Below are positions 10,593-21,339 of a stretch of 64,000 nt of DNA, in pieces. Both the position numbers and the translations under genes were made by a program. Each line of letters begins with the position of its first letter. The stretch's first letter is position 1. This DNA is from an uncultured beta proteobacterium (lineage in GTDB: Bacteria; Pseudomonadota; Gammaproteobacteria; Burkholderiales; Gallionellaceae), in assembly GCA_963784505.1 (NCBI GenBank), contig CAWASY010000056.1, positions 7,952 through 71,951 of the forward strand, read 5' to 3'. The notes below the pieces were generated by a model. That model searched no databases, was not told the DNA's origin, and worked only from the letters and a program-made list of their open reading frames with translations.

Positions 10593-11891
10593 ATGTATTC
10601 TGTAGCCTTCCCCTATCGTGCCGATACATCGTGCTTTTATGCCGCGATTGCTGATATGCCCTGTGCTGTCTGGCTGGATAGTGGGTTGATGGCGCGCTTC
10701 GATATTTTAACTGCCGCACCTCACCATACGATTGCTCAGACATCCGGTGACCCTTTTTCGGTTTTACGTGGCGCACTGGGTGAGCCTGTTTCAGCGGTTG
10801 CCGATGTGCCGTTTGCCGGGGGGGCGCTCGGTTACTGGAGCTACGATCTGACGAGTGCGATGCGGCCTTGCCTTGCGCAGGATAAGGAGTCGCTGCCCGA
10901 GATGTTTATCGGTATTTACGACTGGGCACTGGTGATTGATCATCAGCTAAAAACGGCGCGTCTGGTGTCGCATCAACGCTATGCAGAAACGGCAGCATTG
11001 TTGGCCGGCATTTCGCAGCGACTGCAAATGCCCGTGACGATGCCTGTTGATACCTTCAGGGTGCACGGAGATATTGCGAGCAATTTCGACTTTGACTCTT
11101 ATGCGCGGGCGTTCGCAGCCGTACAGGGGTATTTGTATTCGGGAGACTGTTATCAGGTCAATCTCGCACAGCGTTTTTCGGTCAGCGCCACAGGGGATGC
11201 TTTGGGAGCCTACTTGAAACTGCGGCAACTGAGTCCTGCGCCCTATTCAGCCTTTCTGAATTTTCCGAACCTGCAGATATTGTGTGCATCGCCGGAGCGC
11301 TTCATCAGTGTGCGCGATGGATTGGTGCAAACAAAACCCATCAAGGGTACGCGTCCGCGCGATCGTGATCCTGCGCGCGATGCGCAACTGGCCGAGGCGT
11401 TAAGGCATCATCCCAAGGATCGGGCGGAAAACCTGATGATCGTGGATTTGTTGCGCAACGATCTTTCCAGAAACTGCCAGGCAGTGTGTGTGCCAGGACT
11501 GTTCGAAGTTGAGAGTTTTTCCAATGTGCATCATCTGGTCAGCAGGATCGAGGGCAGATTGATAAGTGGTCGCGATGCGCTGGATGTGTTGAGCGACTGT
11601 TTTCCCGGCGGTTCGATCACCGGTGCGCCGAAACTGCGTGCGATGCAGATCATCGAACAACTTGAGCCTGATCGTCGCGGCGTGTACTGCGGGACGATCG
11701 GTTACGTCGGATTTGACGGCAACATGGACAGCAATATCGTGATTCGTACGCTGGTTTACCGTCACGGCGAAATAAGCTGTCATGCCGGCGGTGGACTGGT
11801 CGCCGATTCGCGGTGTGAAGCGGAGTATCAGGAGACGCTGGACAAGGCTTCCGCGTTACTCGCGTTGCTGCGTTTATATGGTGCTCGTTGA
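10593..11891 (+). CDS. pabB: Aminodeoxychorismate synthase component I
   Basis: GDCYQVNL, SPERF, KPIKGTRPR, AENLMIVDLLRND, FPGGSITGAPK. Confidence 0.92.
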   Translation: MYSVAFPYRADTSCFYAAIADMPCAVWLDSGLMARFDILTAAPHHTIAQTSGDPFSVLRGALGEPVSAVADVPFAGGALGYWSYDLTSAMRPCLAQDKESLPEMFIGIYDWALVIDHQLKTARLVSHQRYAETAALLAGISQRLQMPVTMPVDTFRVHGDIASNFDFDSYARAFAAVQGYLYSGDCYQVNLAQRFSVSATGDALGAYLKLRQLSPAPYSAFLNFPNLQILCASPERFISVRDGLVQTKPIKGTRPRDRDPARDAQLAEALRHHPKDRAENLMIVDLLRNDLSRNCQAVCVPGLFEVESFSNVHHLVSRIEGRLISGRDALDVLSDCFPGGSITGAPKLRAMQIIEQLEPDRRGVYCGTIGYVGFDGNMDSNIVIRTLVYRHGEISCHAGGGLVADSRCEAEYQETLDKASALLALLRLYGAR

Positions 11892-13682
11892 GTCAAATAG
11901 CCAGTAGCGGTTCTTGCCGGATTGTTTTGCCTGATACATGGCATGGTCCGCGTGGCGCATCAGCTGGTCGGCATCGGCCCCGTCCTGCGGATAGAGTGTC
12001 ACGCCGATGCTGGCTGAAACATGCAAGACCGCTTCGCCTACGATGACTGCATCGGACGCTGCTATCAACAGGCGTTCTAGCACCAGCTCGTAATCTTGCG
12101 GTTGTTCCAGATCAACCAGTACGGCGACGAACTCATCGCCGCCGATGCGCGCAAGCGTGTCGCCTTCGCGCAGTGCAGTCTTCATGCGCTGTGAAACAGT
12201 GATCAGCAGCTCATCGCCGACTTCGTGGCCGTGGGTGTCGTTTACCGCCTTGAAACCATCCAGATCAATGAATAGCACTGCCATCGCGTGGTTGCGGCGC
12301 AGACTATGGATCATGGCCTGCTCCATGCGGTCGGCCAGTAATACGCGGTTGGGTAATCCGGTTAACGCATCGTAATGGGCGATGCGCTCCAGTTGTTGCT
12401 GGTGTTGCTTGATCGGTGTGATGTCGTTGAACAGCGCGACATAGTTTTGCGTCCTGCCGTCAGTGTCCTTCACGGCGCTGATTGTGATCATCTCGGCATA
12501 GACTTCACCGCTCTTGCGCCGATTCCAGATTTCGCCATACCAGTGACCTTGTTCGGTGAGTTGATGCCACATCGTTGCATAGTATTCTGTGTTTTGTCGA
12601 CCGGACTTGAGGATGCGAGGGTTTTTACCCACGGCCTCGTCGCGACTGTAGCCTGTGATCTGGCTAAAGGCATCATTGGTGTCGATGATGGTGCCTTGGG
12701 CATCGGTAATGGTGATCCCTTCGCGCGCATGAGTGAATACGCTTGCGGCCAGCCGTAGTTGATCCTGGACGCGTAGGTGTTCGGCGATGTCGCGCTCTAT
12801 GGCCTCTGCCATGCTGTTGAATTGTTCGCCCAGTTTGGATAATTCATTTTTGGCATGAATCGTGCAGCGGGCCGTGTAATTTCCCTGAGCGATTTTATCC
12901 GCCTGACGGTTGAGTTCGACTAGCGGATTGAGCACGGCGCGGCGACTGTAGAGGATGAATAGCGTCACGCCAATCAGGGCGATGATGACCGTAATCACTA
13001 ACATAATGATAGTTTTGTGTAATTTTGATTGCGATGCGTTCAGGTTGACTTTGTCACCTTTGAACGTAGTGTCCAGCAGGTTCTGGATGGGCGACATTAT
13101 TTCGGCTTTTTCGTCGATATAGTTTTTTCCGTAAAGCAGTGAGCTGGCATAGTTGCGATCAACTGGCCCTTGCTGCGTGAATGTGCCGTGACCGTCGTCA
13201 TATAGCCCATTCATGGCGGAAAACGCCTGCTTTTCAATCCTGATCAAATGATCGAAATGAGTGTGCGCATCTTTTAATATTTTGAGTTCCTGTTCGGTAA
13301 ATCCGGCACGCCGCATTAATTCCTGTATGGAAACTGTCTCACCCAGTTCGGCGGGTGGCGCCTTGCCTATACCGGCAAGATACCAATAGGTTGGACTATC
13401 GATTTTTGGTCGGGGCTTGCGGCCATCCCGGATATTGAGAATTTCGAAATAATGCTGTTGATACCCCGGATCGCCGGTCGCGACATAACTGCGTGCCATC
13501 AGGGTCAGATCTTCTGCATTTTGTACCAGTGCGTACATCAGTTCGCGTGAATGCAGTCGATGCTGTTCATTTTTGATGATTTCATCCTGAATATCGAATG
13601 AGTGCATAATCAACACGCCCATTGCGCACAGTAGCGCGACAGCAATGGTGACCAACATTCTGCTGAGGGTAAGAATGCTCAT
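11874..13682 (-). CDS. Membrane HAMP-PAS diguanylate cyclase
   Basis: Two TM segments with a periplasmic domain, HAMP, PAS/PAC, intact GGDEF motif. Confidence 0.9.
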   Translation of the reverse strand: MSILTLSRMLVTIAVALLCAMGVLIMHSFDIQDEIIKNEQHRLHSRELMYALVQNAEDLTLMARSYVATGDPGYQQHYFEILNIRDGRKPRPKIDSPTYWYLAGIGKAPPAELGETVSIQELMRRAGFTEQELKILKDAHTHFDHLIRIEKQAFSAMNGLYDDGHGTFTQQGPVDRNYASSLLYGKNYIDEKAEIMSPIQNLLDTTFKGDKVNLNASQSKLHKTIIMLVITVIIALIGVTLFILYSRRAVLNPLVELNRQADKIAQGNYTARCTIHAKNELSKLGEQFNSMAEAIERDIAEHLRVQDQLRLAASVFTHAREGITITDAQGTIIDTNDAFSQITGYSRDEAVGKNPRILKSGRQNTEYYATMWHQLTEQGHWYGEIWNRRKSGEVYAEMITISAVKDTDGRTQNYVALFNDITPIKQHQQQLERIAHYDALTGLPNRVLLADRMEQAMIHSLRRNHAMAVLFIDLDGFKAVNDTHGHEVGDELLITVSQRMKTALREGDTLARIGGDEFVAVLVDLEQPQDYELVLERLLIAASDAVIVGEAVLHVSASIGVTLYPQDGADADQLMRHADHAMYQAKQSGKNRYWLFDSTSTI

Positions 13683-13964
13683 GGAAATCCTGCTTTTTGC
13701 TCGTGTCGATGATCAATGGCAGAATTGTATGCCTGATACAGGCTAATTTGCACAATATGATGTCGATTAATGTATTTTATAAACAGGGTGTACTGTTTGT
13801 GGGTGTGGGGGCGTGCAAAGTGGCGTTAAGTGGTGATAGCGGGCGAAATAGCTATACCGCTTACGCGCCCACAATTTCGCACCCTTATTGCCGCTATAGC
13901 GGTTTAGCAGGGTGGTGAGTTCACTGCCTGGGCGTGGCAGGTCGCACCCCACTCCCTGCCCATG

Positions 13965-16073
13965 TTAGTCTGCGCTTTGTACCCTGAATATGCGGATGAC
14001 TTCGGGGATGATGCGTAAGCTGCGCAAAATGCTGGCAAGATGCTGACGGTTGGTGACATCCAGTGTGAAGTGCAGGGCAGTGTATTCGCCTTCGTTGGCA
14101 AAACTGATGTTTTCGATGTTCGATTCTGCGTCCGAAATGGCTGCGGCAATTTTGGCCAGCACACCGCGCTGGTTGGCAACCAGCAGCTTGAGGTTGACCG
14201 CAAAGCTGCGGGTGATGTTCTTGTCCCACATGACATCGAGCCATTGGCCGCTATGGCCCTTGCGCAGCAACGGGCAGTCGTGGGTATGTACCACCAGACC
14301 TTGCCCGCTCTTGATCACACCGATGATGGGGTCCCCCGGGATAGGGTGGCAACAGGTGGCAAACTGTACGGCCATGCCTTCCGTACCCTGAATGGTGATA
14401 ATCGGATTGGTGGTGAGTTCATTTGACGTTGTATCGCCTGTGCACGCTAGTTGACGGGCCACCACCATATTGAGGCGACGCCCCAGTCCGATGTCTGCAA
14501 GAATTTCCTGGCGGGTTTTGACGCCTGTATCCCTGAGCAGTTTGTCCCAGCAGGCATCGGATACTTCGGCCGGTTTGAGGTTCAGCGCATGCAGCGCCTG
14601 ACCCAGCAGACGCTCACCCAGTTGCGCCGATTCATTCGATTGCATGGTTTTGAGAAAATGGCGAATATGGCTGCGTGCCTTGTTGGTGGTGACATAGGAT
14701 AGCCAGGCAGGATTGGGTTTTGCATGCGAGGCCGTGATGATCTCGACCCGGTCGCCATTTTTCAGTTCGCTGCGTAGCGGCACCAGTTCGTGGTTGATCT
14801 TGACTGCGATGCAACGATCCCCAATGTCGGTATGCACACTGTAGGCAAAATCGACTGCCGTCGCACCGCGCGGTAAGGAGAGAATTTTTCCCTTGGGGGT
14901 AAAAACGTAAACGGCATCGGGAAACAGATCGACTTTCAGGTGTTCCATGAATTCAGCTGAACTGCTGCTGTCGTTGAGGCTTTCCAGTAGCTCCTGCAGC
15001 CACTGGTGAGTTTTCTTGTGCAATTCGTTGATGGTGCTATGACCAGTTTTGTACAGCCAGTGCGAAGCGACGCCCGCATCGGCAATCCGGTGCATTTCGG
15101 TTGTCCGTATCTGCACTTCGATCGGTGTGCCGAACGGACCGAACAGCGTGCTGTGCAGTGACTGGTAGCCATTGGATTTCGGTATGGCGATGTAGTCCTT
15201 GAATTTTCCCGGAATCGGCTTATACAGCGCATGCAGCAGACCCAGTGTGACATAGCAGGAAGCGACATCCTTCACCAGTACGCGGAAGCCGTAGATGTCC
15301 AGTACTTCCGAAAAAGCCAGCGACTTTATCTGCATTTTCTTGTAAATGCTGTAGATGTTTTTTTCGCGACCGGTGACTTCGGCTTTGATATGGTTTTTTT
15401 CGAGCTGCTGTCGAATCGATTCCAGAATTTTTCCGACCACTTCACGGCGATTGCCTCGGGCGACCTTGATTGCTTTGGCCAGCACAGTATAGCGATTAGG
15501 ATGCAGATGCTTGAAGCTCAAATCCTGCAATTCCTGATAGATTTCATTCAGGCCCAGGCGATTGGCGATCGGTGCGTAGATTTCCATGGTCTCGCGTGCG
15601 ATGCGTTCGGCCTTGTCCGGCCGCATCGCACCCAGGGTGCGCATATTGTGCAGGCGATCGGCAAGCTTGATCAGGATGACGCGTACATCGCGCGCCATGG
15701 CCAGCAGCATTTTCCGGAAGTTCTCCGCCTGAGCGTCTTCGCGGGTTTCGAAATGAATGCGTTCGAGTTTGCTCAAGCCCGTCACCAGTTCGGCGACGGG
15801 CTGGCCGAATTTCGCCGCAATCTCCTCTGAAGTGATTTCGGTGTCTTCGACGACATCGTGTAGCAGGGCTGCGATGATGGACTGCGTATCCAGGTGCAGG
15901 GGCGTGAGTATGCGCGCCACGGCAATCGGATGCGTGACATAGGGGTCGCCGGAATGGCGGGTCTGACCCTGATGGGCGATGCGGGAGAACTCGACTGCCT
16001 CGCGGATATGCTCGACATCCCGCGGTTTCAGGTAGTTGGAAACCTCATCAATCAGCAGTTCAGCTTCGGCCAT
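13965..16073 (-). CDS. spoT: Bifunctional (p)ppGpp synthetase/hydrolase
   Basis: Intact HD motif (LLHDVVED), synthetase, TGS and ACT domains; follows rpoZ. Confidence 0.95.
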   Translation of the reverse strand: MAEAELLIDEVSNYLKPRDVEHIREAVEFSRIAHQGQTRHSGDPYVTHPIAVARILTPLHLDTQSIIAALLHDVVEDTEITSEEIAAKFGQPVAELVTGLSKLERIHFETREDAQAENFRKMLLAMARDVRVILIKLADRLHNMRTLGAMRPDKAERIARETMEIYAPIANRLGLNEIYQELQDLSFKHLHPNRYTVLAKAIKVARGNRREVVGKILESIRQQLEKNHIKAEVTGREKNIYSIYKKMQIKSLAFSEVLDIYGFRVLVKDVASCYVTLGLLHALYKPIPGKFKDYIAIPKSNGYQSLHSTLFGPFGTPIEVQIRTTEMHRIADAGVASHWLYKTGHSTINELHKKTHQWLQELLESLNDSSSSAEFMEHLKVDLFPDAVYVFTPKGKILSLPRGATAVDFAYSVHTDIGDRCIAVKINHELVPLRSELKNGDRVEIITASHAKPNPAWLSYVTTNKARSHIRHFLKTMQSNESAQLGERLLGQALHALNLKPAEVSDACWDKLLRDTGVKTRQEILADIGLGRRLNMVVARQLACTGDTTSNELTTNPIITIQGTEGMAVQFATCCHPIPGDPIIGVIKSGQGLVVHTHDCPLLRKGHSGQWLDVMWDKNITRSFAVNLKLLVANQRGVLAKIAAAISDAESNIENISFANEGEYTALHFTLDVTNRQHLASILRSLRIIPEVIRIFRVQSAD

Positions 16074-16107
16074 TTGCCTTGCCCGTCTAAAGGGTGTCGG
16101 GCGTTAC

Positions 16108-16314
16108 TCAGGCCTGACCGCGGTTAAGTATTTCAATACCGACCTTGCCACGGCTGATTTCGCGCAGTGCAACGACCGTTGGCTTGTCACGGCTCTCGGG
16201 TACCAGCTGTGATGCGCCGTTGGCAATCTGACGTGCGCGGTAGGCTGCTGCCAGGGTCATTTCAAAGCGATTAGGGATATGAGCCAAACATTCTTCTACG
16301 GTAATACGTGCCAT
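16108..16314 (-). CDS. rpoZ: RNA polymerase omega subunit
   Basis: MARITVEEC...NRFEM...RARQ...[10 protein letters not shown]. Confidence 0.96.
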   Translation of the reverse strand: MARITVEECLAHIPNRFEMTLAAAYRARQIANGASQLVPESRDKPTVVALREISRGKVGIEILNRGQA

Positions 16315-16329
16315 GATTTACTCCGGATT

Positions 16330-16938
16330 TTATAATAATTGGTTAATTAGGTCTTGATGGCGAGTCAGTTGCTTGCTGCCGCGCAGTCTGGCGGCCAGCA
16401 CAATCGCATTGAATTCGCGCAGGGCGCTATTCAAATCGTCGTTGATGATAACATAATCGAATTCGGCTACATGCGCGACATCTTCACGGGCGGTGTTCAT
16501 TCGCATGGCGATGATGTCGTCCGGATCCTTGCCGCGTCCCTTCAGGCGTTGTGCCAGCGTCTCAATCGAAGGCGGCAGGATGAAAATGCTGATGCAATCG
16601 GGAAACTGGCGTCTGACCTGTGCGGCGCCCTGCCAGTCGATTTCCAGTAAAATATCGCGATCCCGCGCATTCTCCTGGCTGATCCATTTTTGCGAGGTGC
16701 CGTAAAAGTTGCCGTACACCTCGGCGCTTTCCAGAAATTCCCCGCGCCCTGCCATTTGTGCAAAATTATCCTTGTTTACAAAATGATAGGCTATCCCGTT
16801 CTGCTCGCCTTCACGTGGCGCGCGAGTGGTGTAGGAGACGGACAAGTCGATCTGCGGGTTGGTGGCAAGCAGCGCATGCACCAGGCTGGTTTTACCCGCC
16901 CCTGAAGGGGCGCTGATAACGAATAAACTTCCTGACAT
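16330..16938 (-). CDS. gmk: Guanylate kinase
   Basis: APSGAGKTS, SYTTRAPREGE, LEIDWQGA. Confidence 0.96.
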   Translation of the reverse strand: MSGSLFVISAPSGAGKTSLVHALLATNPQIDLSVSYTTRAPREGEQNGIAYHFVNKDNFAQMAGRGEFLESAEVYGNFYGTSQKWISQENARDRDILLEIDWQGAAQVRRQFPDCISIFILPPSIETLAQRLKGRGKDPDDIIAMRMNTAREDVAHVAEFDYVIINDDLNSALREFNAIVLAARLRGSKQLTRHQDLINQLL

Positions 16939-16946
16939 GATTTTCC

Positions 16947-17810
16947 TTACTCCAGATTTTGTATTTGTTCTCTCATTTGTTCGATGAGGATCTTCATTTC
17001 CATTGCGCTGCGGGATACTTCGGCATCCACTGATTTTGAACCGAGCGTGTTGGCTTCCCGGTTCAGTTCCTGCATTAAAAAGTCCAGGCGTTTGCCCACT
17101 GCGCCGCCTTGTTTGAGGATGCGGCGCATTTCCGTCAAATGACTGTCCAGTCTTGACAGTTCTTCATCGACATCGATCTTGCTGGCGAATAGCGTGATTT
17201 CCTGACGGATGCGCTCGTCATCGGTTGTTTGCAGTGCCTCATGAAGTCGGTTGATGAGTCTGGCTTCGTAAGCGGCTATGGCAGCCGGCACATGCGGAAT
17301 GACGTCGCTGCGCAGTGATTCAATTTTCTCCAGACGCTGCGACAGGAAATCCTTAATTTTTTCGCCTTCGCGGGCGCGGGATGCCGAGAATTCCAGTAAG
17401 GCGGTGTGCATCAACCCGAGTAACGTCGATTGCAATTCGTCATTTGACGAAACCGGTTTTTCAAGTATGCCATTCCAGCGCAGTACATCGGCGACGCTCA
17501 GACTCGCCGCATCCGGCATGGCAGCTTGTACTTCGCTGTTCCAGACTGATAGCTGATGCAGCAAATCGTGATTGAGCGCGAGACTGCCTTGAACTTCACG
17601 CGCTGCGTAATTGATCCGGCATTCGACCTTGCCGCGTTGTAGTTTCTCGGCGACGAGTTCTCGCAAACGCCCTTCAAAGCCGCGCAACTCGTCAGCCATG
17701 CGGAATTGTATATCCAGATAGCGATGGTTGACGGCGCGCAGTTCCAGTGTCAGCGCGCCGCTGGCAAAATCCGTACTGGTATTGGCGTAACCTGTCATGC
17801 TTAAAATCAT
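16947..17810 (-). CDS. yicC: YicC/YloC family endoribonuclease
   Basis: SMTGY, VNHRYLD, GKRLDFLMQELNREANTLGSK. Confidence 0.93.
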   Translation of the reverse strand: MILSMTGYANTSTDFASGALTLELRAVNHRYLDIQFRMADELRGFEGRLRELVAEKLQRGKVECRINYAAREVQGSLALNHDLLHQLSVWNSEVQAAMPDAASLSVADVLRWNGILEKPVSSNDELQSTLLGLMHTALLEFSASRAREGEKIKDFLSQRLEKIESLRSDVIPHVPAAIAAYEARLINRLHEALQTTDDERIRQEITLFASKIDVDEELSRLDSHLTEMRRILKQGGAVGKRLDFLMQELNREANTLGSKSVDAEVSRSAMEMKILIEQMREQIQNLE

Positions 17811-17886
17811 GTTTTTAGTGTCCGTTCAGGTGTTTGTTGAATAAAAAGCTGTCCGTCAGGGCCGCATTATATTACGATTGCGACCT

Positions 17887-18675
17887 ATGAATTTTTCAAT
17901 ACATCAGGCCAGCCATATCGGCAACCGAAAATACAATCAGGATCGCGTTGCTTTTTCCTATAGCCAACGCGATTTGCTCATTGTATTGGCTGACGGGATG
18001 GGTGGTCATTTGCTGGGTGAAGTGGCGGCAGGCCTTACCATGAATACCTTCGTTGAAACGTTTTCGGCGCAGGCCGGAATCGCCGATCCGTTTGAATTCC
18101 TGTCGTCCACCATGCGCCATGCGCATGAACGCATTATGGCACTGCCGCATAAAGCGGATCACTCCTTTCCGGGAACAACCTGTGTGGCTGCCGTTATTCA
18201 GGATGGCAAACTGTACTGGGGGCATGCCGGAGATTCTCGTCTGTACCTGATACGCAATGGCCAGGTGTTTGCAAAAACGCTTGATCATTCGATGGTGCAA
18301 ATGTGGCTCAGTTGCGGGGTGATCGACGAGGAAGAAGCGCGTTGCCACCCCAGACGTAACCAGATTACCAATTGTCTGGGTGGCGTAGAAGACCTGTTTG
18401 AAATTGAGCTGGGTAATCAGCCCGTTGAATTGCAATCGGGTGATGTCTTACTGTTGTGCAGCGATGGTTTGTGCGGCCCATTTCAGGATAAGGAATTAGT
18501 CGCCGCCTTTGCCATGGCGCCCGTTGAGTTAGCACTTGATAAGTTGATCGTGCGTGCGCTGGAACTGGAAAAGGGCAAGTCGGATAACGCGACTGGCCTG
18601 GCGCTGCGCTGGGGAAGCGGTGAAGCCGCCCATGATACCGAGGAAATTGTCAGTCATATCCTTGAAATACACTAG
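17887..18675 (+). CDS. PP2C-family Ser/Thr phosphatase
   Basis: GNRKYNQD, LADGMGGH, HAGDSR, LCSDG, DN motifs. Confidence 0.9.
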   Translation: MNFSIHQASHIGNRKYNQDRVAFSYSQRDLLIVLADGMGGHLLGEVAAGLTMNTFVETFSAQAGIADPFEFLSSTMRHAHERIMALPHKADHSFPGTTCVAAVIQDGKLYWGHAGDSRLYLIRNGQVFAKTLDHSMVQMWLSCGVIDEEEARCHPRRNQITNCLGGVEDLFEIELGNQPVELQSGDVLLLCSDGLCGPFQDKELVAAFAMAPVELALDKLIVRALELEKGKSDNATGLALRWGSGEAAHDTEEIVSHILEIH

Positions 18676-18725
18676 CACTTGCATTTTGCCGTTGCAAAAC
18701 CCTCAATCCACAATTCTAAATAGCC

Positions 18726-19442
18726 ATGCGCCCAAGTCAACGATTGCCCAACCAGTTGCGTTCCATACGCATCACCCGCCACTATACGAAACATGCTGAA
18801 GGTTCGGTATTGATCGAATGCGGTGATACCAAAGTCATCTGTACCGCCAGCGTTGAAGCGCGCGTGCCGCCCCATAAAAAGGGCAGTGGCGAAGGCTGGG
18901 TGACAGCAGAATATGGCATGCTGCCGCGTTCCACCGGTTCACGCATGCAGCGCGAAGCCGCCAAGGGAAAACAGTCCGGACGCACCCAGGAAATTCAACG
19001 TCTGATCGGTCGCAGCCTGCGTGCGGTGGTGGATTTGAAAAAACTGGGTGAGCGCACCATACAGATAGACTGCGATGTGATACAGGCTGATGGTGGAACC
19101 CGTACGGCCAGTATTACCGGCGCTTATGTCGCGTTGCAGGATGCCGTTGCAGGTTTGCTGCAACAAAATGTGCTGACCGAAACGCCGATCGTCGATGCTA
19201 TCGCTGCGATTTCGGTCGGCATTTATCAGGGGGTGCCGGTGCTGGATCTTGATTATCTGGAAGACTCGGCATGCGACACCGATATGAATGTGGTGATGTT
19301 GGGCGGCGGCGGTTTCGTTGAGGTGCAGGGTACTGCCGAAGGATGCGCCTTCAGTCGCACTGAGATGGATGAACTGTTGGAACTGGCACAAAAGGGTATC
19401 AATGAGCTGATCGTCATGCAGCAAGCTGCTTTAAGCTCGTAG
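18726..19442 (+). CDS. rph: Ribonuclease PH
   Basis: [34 protein letters not shown]. Confidence 0.97.
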   Translation: MRPSQRLPNQLRSIRITRHYTKHAEGSVLIECGDTKVICTASVEARVPPHKKGSGEGWVTAEYGMLPRSTGSRMQREAAKGKQSGRTQEIQRLIGRSLRAVVDLKKLGERTIQIDCDVIQADGGTRTASITGAYVALQDAVAGLLQQNVLTETPIVDAIAAISVGIYQGVPVLDLDYLEDSACDTDMNVVMLGGGGFVEVQGTAEGCAFSRTEMDELLELAQKGINELIVMQQAALSS

Positions 19443-19469
19443 CCAACTTTTTATCGCAGGGTGATTTTT

Positions 19470-20051
19470 ATGAAGAAACTGGTCATTGCATCCAATAATC
19501 CCGGAAAACTGTTTGAATTCCAGCAGATGCTCAGCCCGATGGGTATCGAGGTTGTGACTCAGGCGCAATTGGGTATCAAGGAAGCCGAAGAGCCGCATCT
19601 GACTTTTGTCGAGAATGCCATTGCCAAGGCGCGTCATGTCGCCAAAGAGAGCGGGCTGCCGGCATTGGCCGATGATTCAGGAATATGTGTTTCGGCGCTG
19701 AACGGTGCGCCCGGCGTATTTTCGGCACGATATTCAGGCTATCCGCTGTCGGATGCGCGCAACAACCAGGCCTTGCTCGAAGCCATGAAGGCGCACACCG
19801 ACCGGCGTGCGCACTATTACTGTGTGCTGGTATTGCTGCAACATGCTGGCGATGCACAACCTGTCATTTGCGAAGGCGAATGGCATGGCGAGATTGCCCG
19901 CGCGCCGCGCGGTGAGGGTGGCTTTGGCTATGACCCGCTGTTCTGGTTGCCGGTGCTGGGTAAAACGAGCGCCGAACTGACTGCCAGCGAAAAACACGCA
20001 ATCAGCCACCGTGGTCTTGCCATGAAGTCGCTGCTGCAACGGCTCGCATGA
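19470..20051 (+). CDS. rdgB: dITP/XTP pyrophosphatase
   Basis: ASNNPGK, LADDSG, GFGYDP, ISHRG. Confidence 0.95.
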   Translation: MKKLVIASNNPGKLFEFQQMLSPMGIEVVTQAQLGIKEAEEPHLTFVENAIAKARHVAKESGLPALADDSGICVSALNGAPGVFSARYSGYPLSDARNNQALLEAMKAHTDRRAHYYCVLVLLQHAGDAQPVICEGEWHGEIARAPRGEGGFGYDPLFWLPVLGKTSAELTASEKHAISHRGLAMKSLLQRLA

Positions 20052-21247
20052 AGGTGTTGCAGCCGTTCGGGCTGAAAAGCCCGACTTTCACTGCCTTGCC
20101 GCCGCTGTCTCTGTATATCCATATTCCCTGGTGTGTCAAAAAATGTCCCTATTGCGATTTCAATTCGCATGAGGCGCGCGGCGCATTTCCCGAGCGCGAA
20201 TACGTCGCGGCGCTGATCCGCGATCTGGAAATGGCCTTGCCGCAAATCTGGGGCCGTAAAGTCTATACCGTGTTCTTCGGCGGCGGCACGCCCAGCCTGT
20301 TGTCCGGCGAGGCGGTGGCGGAAATACTGCGGCAGGTGCGCATGTTGCTGCCGTTGTCGGGCGATGCCGAGATCACGCTGGAAGCCAATCCCGGCACGGT
20401 CGAGGCGGACAAGTTCGCTGCCTTTAGCGATGCGGGGGTAAACCGGCTTTCCATGGGGATCCAGAGTTTCAACGATTCGTATCTCAAGGCATTGGGGCGC
20501 ATCCATACGGCGGATGAAGCGCGTGATGCGATCACAATCGCGCAGCAGCACTTCGATAATATCAATCTCGATCTGATGTATGGCCTGCCGGACCAGACGC
20601 TGGTGCAGGCCATGCAGGACGTGGCTGCTGCGTTGTCTTTTGCGCCGCAACATCTGTCCTGTTATCACCTGACGTTGGAACCGAATACGCTGTTTTATCG
20701 CAATCCGCCGTCGCTGCCGGATGACGATGAAAGTGCCGATATGCAGCAGGGAATTGAATCGTTGCTGGCAGAAAATGGCTATGGGCATTACGAGACATCG
20801 GCCTTTGCACAGCCTGGACGACGTTCAAAACATAACCTCAATTACTGGAAATTCGGCGATTATCTGGGGATAGGTGCGGGTGCGCACAGCAAGCTGAGTT
20901 TTCCGGATAAAATCATCCGGCAGGCGCGCTATAAGCAGCCGCAGGCTTATATGCATCAGGTCGGGTTGGGGGCGGCGATTCAGTCCGAAATTGTCGTGAG
21001 TCTGGACGAGTTGCCATTCGAATTTATGATGAATGCGCTACGCCTGACGGACGGTTTTGACAGCGCCCTGTTTGCCGAGCGTACCAGCCTGTCGCTAATC
21101 AACATTCAGCGTGAGCTGGCGGAAGCGGAACTAAGAGGGTTGTTAGTGCGAGATATTTCCCGCATCGCCCCGACCCTGCAGGGACAGCGCTTCTTGAATG
21201 ATCTGCTGGAGATTTTTCTGAAGGACGCAGCATCGTTTTTTGGTTAA
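20048..21247 (+). CDS. hemW: Radical SAM heme chaperone
   Basis: YIHIPWCVKKCPYCDFNS, HNLNYW; follows rdgB. Confidence 0.92.
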   Translation: MKVLQPFGLKSPTFTALPPLSLYIHIPWCVKKCPYCDFNSHEARGAFPEREYVAALIRDLEMALPQIWGRKVYTVFFGGGTPSLLSGEAVAEILRQVRMLLPLSGDAEITLEANPGTVEADKFAAFSDAGVNRLSMGIQSFNDSYLKALGRIHTADEARDAITIAQQHFDNINLDLMYGLPDQTLVQAMQDVAAALSFAPQHLSCYHLTLEPNTLFYRNPPSLPDDDESADMQQGIESLLAENGYGHYETSAFAQPGRRSKHNLNYWKFGDYLGIGAGAHSKLSFPDKIIRQARYKQPQAYMHQVGLGAAIQSEIVVSLDELPFEFMMNALRLTDGFDSALFAERTSLSLINIQRELAEAELRGLLVRDISRIAPTLQGQRFLNDLLEIFLKDAASFFG

Positions 21248-21339
21248 TTTTAAGTGCAAAAAGCTTCACACAAAATCCGGATGTATGGCTAAGAGTTTAA
21301 TCAGCGACGAAAGAAAATAAATCAGCACGTCCCGAATAT

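Noticed and set aside
17887-18675. PP2C phosphatase without its usual Ser/Thr kinase neighbour
   Set aside because: The kinase may lie elsewhere in the genome; not informative from this window alone.
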